From an uncultured Candidatus Saccharibacteria bacterium (GTDB taxonomy: Bacteria > Patescibacteriota > Minisyncoccia > Portnoybacterales > UBA2143), in contig CAZBRM010000002.1 in NCBI GenBank assembly GCA_964494655.1, forward strand, positions 1 through 44,912: a stretch of 44,912 nt of DNA, written 5' to 3'. The translations under genes and the position numbers were made by a program. Position 1 is the stretch's first letter. Each line of letters begins with the position of its first letter. The notes beneath the pieces were generated by a model. The model saw only the letters and a list, made by a program, of their open reading frames with translations. It was not told the DNA's origin and did no database searches. Of the stretch, positions 40,882 to 44,912 are shown in pieces.

Positions 40882-42693
40882 TCAATTTTTTTCTGTATTG
40901 TTTTTTTTATTCTCTTCTTCGGCTAATTCTTGTTTGGCTTTTTCTATTTCAAGTAATTGCGCCGGGTCAGAAGTAATAATCTGGTCTTCGGTGTAAGAAG
41001 CTACTACCTGAATAGCAACATGCTTATTTCCGGCAAATAAGATTCCTTCGCCAACAGCGCTTTCTAAAAGCATATATTTTTCTCTTTCGGTTAAATTAAA
41101 TGTTTCTTTAACTATCTCAATTGACGCAGAAGATTGTTTTAACAACAATTGAAGAGAAGAGTTGGTAACAATTGGTTTTCCGTATTTTGATTTCATGAAA
41201 TCAGATATATCTTGTGTAATTGTTGTCAGTCCGAGATAGTATTTTCTGCATCTTTTGGCAATACCAAAAAGGAAAGAAGCTGCGTCTTCATGTTGCATCA
41301 TTATCCATGCCTCATCAACAACCATCATTCTTTTTTTTGTCTGAGAGCGTATAATATTCCATATATATCTAAGGACAATATACATTGCCAGTGGCCTTAA
41401 TTCATCTTCCATATCTCTAATGCTAAAAACTATTAGTTTTTTATCCAGTTCAACATTAGTCGGCTGATTGAAAAAAATAGCATAGCTTCCGTTTACATAT
41501 TTTTCCAATCGATTAACTAAGCTTTCTGCACCAGTCATTCCTTTTAAAATAGTGTAGAGGTCTTGCATTAAAGGCGGAGTTATTTTGCTGAAATCCGACT
41601 CAGCTGTAATGTCTCTTGCGGCGTATGTTTTTGCAAGGGCTTTATCTATAATTGAATCTTCTTCAGGGGTTAATCCTCCAAGCATCATTCTTAACAGTCC
41701 TACTAAATTAATAATATTGCTTCTTAAAATATCAGTAGGATTATCATCGGGTCCAGGTATTGGTAAATCGAAAGGATTAAGGTGATTATTTGATGTTAAA
41801 GAGATATCTATAAATGATCCCCCTACTGTTTCTGCCAGATATTTATATTCTTTTTCGGGATCAACAATAATAACTTCTGTGTCCTGCATTAAAGAACGCA
41901 GAACTTCTAATTTAACAGAGTATGATTTTCCAGAGCCACTTTTTGCAAATACAACCATATTAGCATTTTCAAGAGTAAAACGGTCAAAAAGGATTAAAGA
42001 ATTATTGTGCCTGTTGATTCCATAGAGAACCCCTTTATTATCAGTTAAATCGGATGATATAAATGGGAATGTTGAGGATAAGGGAGCCGTGTTTAGGTTG
42101 TTATGAACAAGCAATTTATCGCTTTTTAAAGGAAGCGTTGAAATGAATCCCTGTTCTTGCTGAAATACAGCTGGCTTAGCATAAACCATTTGGTTTTCCA
42201 GTATTGCCCTTATTTCATTTTCTATTTTATCTAGTTCTTGAGGAAGATCAGAAAAAAAAGTTATATAAAGTCCGAATTTAAAAAGTTTTTCAGCGTTTCT
42301 TTGTAGTTTATCTCGCAAATCTTCTATACTTTCTACTGCCGTCTCAAGCTTGGGGTCGCGAATTTTGCCTTTTTCAAGTTGTAATGATATTTGTGATTGT
42401 ATCTGAGCGCTTTTTTTAGTAAGTTCCTTTAATGCTTTATTTGTATTTATCGGATTAATAAAAAAAGATATGTTCATTTCCCTATCAAGTGTTATGATTG
42501 GCGAGAGCCAGGCAGTGTTTAAAACTTGCGGATAAGTAAATATAAAGATAGTTCTAGCGTATTTTTCTCCTATTTGTATATAATTAGAGTTTATTTTTAA
42601 TCCGCCTGGAGAGATTAAATCAACAAGATTTATATTATGACTTGTTTCTTCTATATTAGAAGTAGATTTTATTTTTTTAAACAATGATAACAT
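40882..42693 (-). CDS. VirB4/TrbE-family T4SS ATPase (middle and C-terminal ATPase parts)
   Basis: 603 aa. GEKYARTIFIFTYPQVLNTAWLSPI is the VirB4 NTD motif. Walker A VVFAKSGSGKSYSVK at about residue 250, Walker B MMVVDEAW, and ...GLTTITQD.... Confidence 0.85.
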   Translation of the reverse strand: MLSLFKKIKSTSNIEETSHNINLVDLISPGGLKINSNYIQIGEKYARTIFIFTYPQVLNTAWLSPIITLDREMNISFFINPINTNKALKELTKKSAQIQSQISLQLEKGKIRDPKLETAVESIEDLRDKLQRNAEKLFKFGLYITFFSDLPQELDKIENEIRAILENQMVYAKPAVFQQEQGFISTLPLKSDKLLVHNNLNTAPLSSTFPFISSDLTDNKGVLYGINRHNNSLILFDRFTLENANMVVFAKSGSGKSYSVKLEVLRSLMQDTEVIIVDPEKEYKYLAETVGGSFIDISLTSNNHLNPFDLPIPGPDDNPTDILRSNIINLVGLLRMMLGGLTPEEDSIIDKALAKTYAARDITAESDFSKITPPLMQDLYTILKGMTGAESLVNRLEKYVNGSYAIFFNQPTNVELDKKLIVFSIRDMEDELRPLAMYIVLRYIWNIIRSQTKKRMMVVDEAWIMMQHEDAASFLFGIAKRCRKYYLGLTTITQDISDFMKSKYGKPIVTNSSLQLLLKQSSASIEIVKETFNLTEREKYMLLESAVGEGILFAGNKHVAIQVVASYTEDQIITSDPAQLLEIEKAKQELAEEENKKNNTEKN

Positions 42694-42694
42694 A

Positions 42695-43348
42695 TTATTG
42701 GTTTCTTAATTCTTTTGCTTTTTGTAGTTCCGGCTCTTCTTTTGCGTTAGGGTTGTATAGTTTATAAAATAGTTCGACTAATTCTTCTGTCTTTAAAGGC
42801 GCTGTTTTAACACCCATGCCGCGTAATCCAGCAGCTACGAATTCAACTCTTTGCCAGAGGTTATTTTTGAATTCGTTAAATTCCGTTTCTTTTGTTTCAA
42901 TGTTTTTGTTTCTTTTAAAGAATTTTCCAAAAATACTCATGTTTTTAGTAATAAAAGGGCTGTAAGGGATAACAACATAAAATGATTCTGTCATAATATT
43001 GGTAATTTCTGTAAGCCCCTTAATAAAATCAACATATTCTAATGCCTGTATTTTTAAGAGTTCGTTTTCTTGGTCGATTTGTTTTTCTTCTAATATTTGG
43101 ATATATGGGTCAATATCAAATTTTCTTGAAGCAACCATAATTTGTATTGGAAAATCAATTGAATTTAAAAAATCCTGATATTTATAAATGAGAGCGTCCT
43201 GTTCCTCGGTTGATTTTAAATCAAAATTCAAACTAGTAGCCATTAAAATGGCTCTTATCCCTTTATTTTTAAGAATAACTACATCATCTTTAATCTCTTT
43301 AATTTGTATATGTTTTTGGATTAATGCAGATTTGTCTTTACTAATCAT
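42695..43348 (-). CDS. VirB4/TrbE N-terminal-segment-like protein (apparently the detached first ~200 residues of VirB4)
   Basis: 217 aa. IKDDVVILKNKGIRAILMATSLNFDLKSTEEQDALIYKYQDFLNSIDFPIQIMVASRK resembles the extreme N-terminal segment of full-length VirB4/TrbE proteins. Its TAA is 1 nt from the ATG of the 603-aa ORF. Confidence 0.55.
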   Translation of the reverse strand: MISKDKSALIQKHIQIKEIKDDVVILKNKGIRAILMATSLNFDLKSTEEQDALIYKYQDFLNSIDFPIQIMVASRKFDIDPYIQILEEKQIDQENELLKIQALEYVDFIKGLTEITNIMTESFYVVIPYSPFITKNMSIFGKFFKRNKNIETKETEFNEFKNNLWQRVEFVAAGLRGMGVKTAPLKTEELVELFYKLYNPNAKEEPELQKAKELRNQ

Positions 43349-43365
43349 ATTTTATTAATTACATT

Positions 43366-43647
43366 TTATTTTTTTCTTTTCCATAAATATAATTTTGGTT
43401 TTAGAAGATAACTAATTAATGAACCTACAAAATATATAAATGGCCTTCCATTGAATTTATAAAAAGCAAGAAGCAGGCAAAAAGCAATAACAGGAATAGC
43501 TATAATTAAAAAAATCCATAATTCTGCAAAAAACCATAAAATAGCAAGCACGCCTGCGCCTATTAATATATAAAAAAACTGTCTTAGAGTTAACGGTCCG
43601 ATTATTTTATCTTTTATCTCAATAAATTGAGGAACATTAAATTGCAT
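43366..43647 (-). CDS. PrgI/VirB3-like small membrane protein
   Basis: 93 aa. MQFNVPQFIEIKDKIIGPLTLRQFFYILIGAG... followed by two TM helices, the pattern of PrgI-family (PF12666) proteins that precede VirB4. Confidence 0.6.
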   Translation of the reverse strand: MQFNVPQFIEIKDKIIGPLTLRQFFYILIGAGVLAILWFFAELWIFLIIAIPVIAFCLLLAFYKFNGRPFIYFVGSLISYLLKPKLYLWKRKK

Positions 43648-43648
43648 A

Positions 43649-44092
43649 TTATTTTTTTAAATTAACTATATTTCCATTTAATTGAGGTGTATTGGAATTT
43701 TTATTCATGTTCTCATTTTCTCTTGGCCATTCTGAAATCTTATGGATTTTTTTTAAATCATCTTTTACTGGCAGGAATATTGCGCTGTTGATATCTCTAG
43801 CAAGTTGACGGGCTGACTCTCTTTCTAAATTACATTCTTTTTCAACCGATCTTAGAAAATCAATTATATTTGTTTCTCCCAATAGAATCATTCCAGCTAT
43901 ATATGAAGCCCACCAAGTTTGGTCATCATTTAAATTATTTTTTTTTGCTATTTCCAACATTTTACTAGCTGTTTCTTCACTAAATATTGTCTTGCGTAAA
44001 TCTTGAGGTAATTGAAAATATTTAAAATACCTTTGTCTTATTAAGGGGTCAGTAATGTCTTGTAATTGTTTAATTTGATGTGGAGTTAGCAT
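43649..44092 (-). CDS. hypothetical protein in the T4SS-like operon
   Basis: 147 aa, helical, no TM, no family recognised. 1 nt from the downstream gene and 8 nt from the upstream gene. Confidence 0.5.
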   Translation of the reverse strand: MLTPHQIKQLQDITDPLIRQRYFKYFQLPQDLRKTIFSEETASKMLEIAKKNNLNDDQTWWASYIAGMILLGETNIIDFLRSVEKECNLERESARQLARDINSAIFLPVKDDLKKIHKISEWPRENENMNKNSNTPQLNGNIVNLKK

Positions 44093-44100
44093 AGTTTATT

Positions 44101-44910
44101 TTATAACGGATGCTTTTCGCTCCATTCTTTATCGCTTTCTGGTTTTGGTTTTGATACTGCCTTTCCTGTTGTGGTATTATAATATTCTCGAATTTCATCT
44201 TTCATGTCTTTCATATTTTTTCCTATAATATCATCCATTAATCTATTATAAAGCACTGGGTTTTCATCACCTGCTTTAATTAATACTGATTTGCCTAATT
44301 TGCCGCCAAGTTTAAACTGTTTTTTAAAAGCATCAAAAACCATTTTTTGATTTCCTTCCGATTTTTCACCTGGCTTTCCGATTGCTTCTATTTGAATCTT
44401 TTCTATATCTTTAGTTTTTATATTTCCAACTGCTTCGTTAATTTCTTCCTCAACTTTTTTTATGTCTTGTGGATCTATGTTTTTTGCTATAGGCGCTAAA
44501 TCAAGTCTAGATACAATAACATCTTTTTCTTGGCCATATTTTTTTGTTAATTCTATCATTTTCTTTATTTTCTTATCATCAAAGTTTTTAAGTCCATCTT
44601 TGCGTCCTGCTAAAATTTTACCAATAGCAGCTTTGTTTTGTGGATTTGCTGATTCATAGTCTTGTTCAAGATTTTTAGTAGTTCTGTCTTTGTATTTCTT
44701 TTCTGCTCCAGCAAAAGCAGTTCTTTCTCTTTCTTCAAAAGCTCGAGGTCCTCTACCTATTTGTTTTGTTGCCCATTTAGCTCCTGTTACTTTACCAACC
44801 CATCCCATTTTTTCGCCATAATTACCTATTCCTCTTCCTATTTTTCCAGCTCTCTCAGCCGTTGCCGTTTGAACTCTTCTACCTGCCCATTTAGCACTTC
44901 CTTTACCAGC
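44101..44910 (-). CDS. Gly/Lys-rich hypothetical protein, probably 5'-truncated by the window edge
   Basis: The track calls 44101..44808, but the frame stays open for all 34 codons up to the edge (AGKGSAKWAGRRVQTATAERAGKIGRGIGNYGEK-MGWVGKVTGAKWATKQIGRG...). The G-x-AKWA motif recurs on both sides of the called ATG. Confidence 0.5.
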   Translation of the reverse strand, partial: AGKGSAKWAGRRVQTATAERAGKIGRGIGNYGEKMGWVGKVTGAKWATKQIGRGPRAFEERERTAFAGAEKKYKDRTTKNLEQDYESANPQNKAAIGKILAGRKDGLKNFDDKKIKKMIELTKKYGQEKDVIVSRLDLAPIAKNIDPQDIKKVEEEINEAVGNIKTKDIEKIQIEAIGKPGEKSEGNQKMVFDAFKKQFKLGGKLGKSVLIKAGDENPVLYNRLMDDIIGKNMKDMKDEIREYYNTTTGKAVSKPKPESDKEWSEKHPL

Positions 44911-44912
44911 GC

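Noticed and set aside
1-44912. Alternative genetic code (UGA recoded, as in Gracilibacteria/Absconditabacteria)
   Set aside because: TGA sits at the natural ends of well-conserved genes (tsaE 15088..15090, the 237-aa T4SS-operon gene 39760..39762, the 70-aa ORF 21169..21171). No conserved gene in the window needs read-through of TGA. Code 11 fits throughout.

Overview
AT-rich (roughly 30% GC by eye, not computed), very gene-dense bacterial DNA using the standard code; TGA, TAA and TAG all terminate recognisable genes. The reduced housekeeping proteins, a stand-alone 5'-3' exonuclease, a lamin-tail-domain surface protein and a CPR-type T4SS pilin point to a Patescibacteria/CPR (Parcubacteria-like) genome. 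This placement is inference. The window spans the chromosomal origin region: dnaN<-dnaA | rpmH->rnpA->yidC->jag. Core genes present are recO, ileS, argS, smpB plus tmRNA, infC-rpmI-rplT, holA, tsaE, ruvB, yebC-ruvC, tyrS and a class A PBP. Four accessory blocks stand out. (1) A wholly cytoplasmic signalling operon, FIST / PAS / DUF2378-like / PAS-PAS histidine kinase / two CheY-like receivers, one receiver carrying an in-frame TAA. (2) A RelE/RHH toxin-antitoxin pair plus an LTD-PKD-LTD surface protein, lying between ruvB and yebC-ruvC. (3) A three-gene operon: 7TM protein / RimK-related ATP-grasp fused to a DUF785 retropepsin-like peptidase / second ATP-grasp. I consider this the best candidate for an uncharacterised system. 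(4) A type IV secretion-like operon with a VirB3-like protein, VirB4 apparently split into two ORFs, membrane and secreted proteins and a VirB2-like pilin, preceded by a flippase and two Wzy_C genes. I saw no rRNA, tRNA, CRISPR array, transposase or integrase. Several ORF-track N-termini begin at TTG and were trimmed to the first plausible ATG. rpmH, the true infC start and two edge-truncated ORFs are missing from the track.
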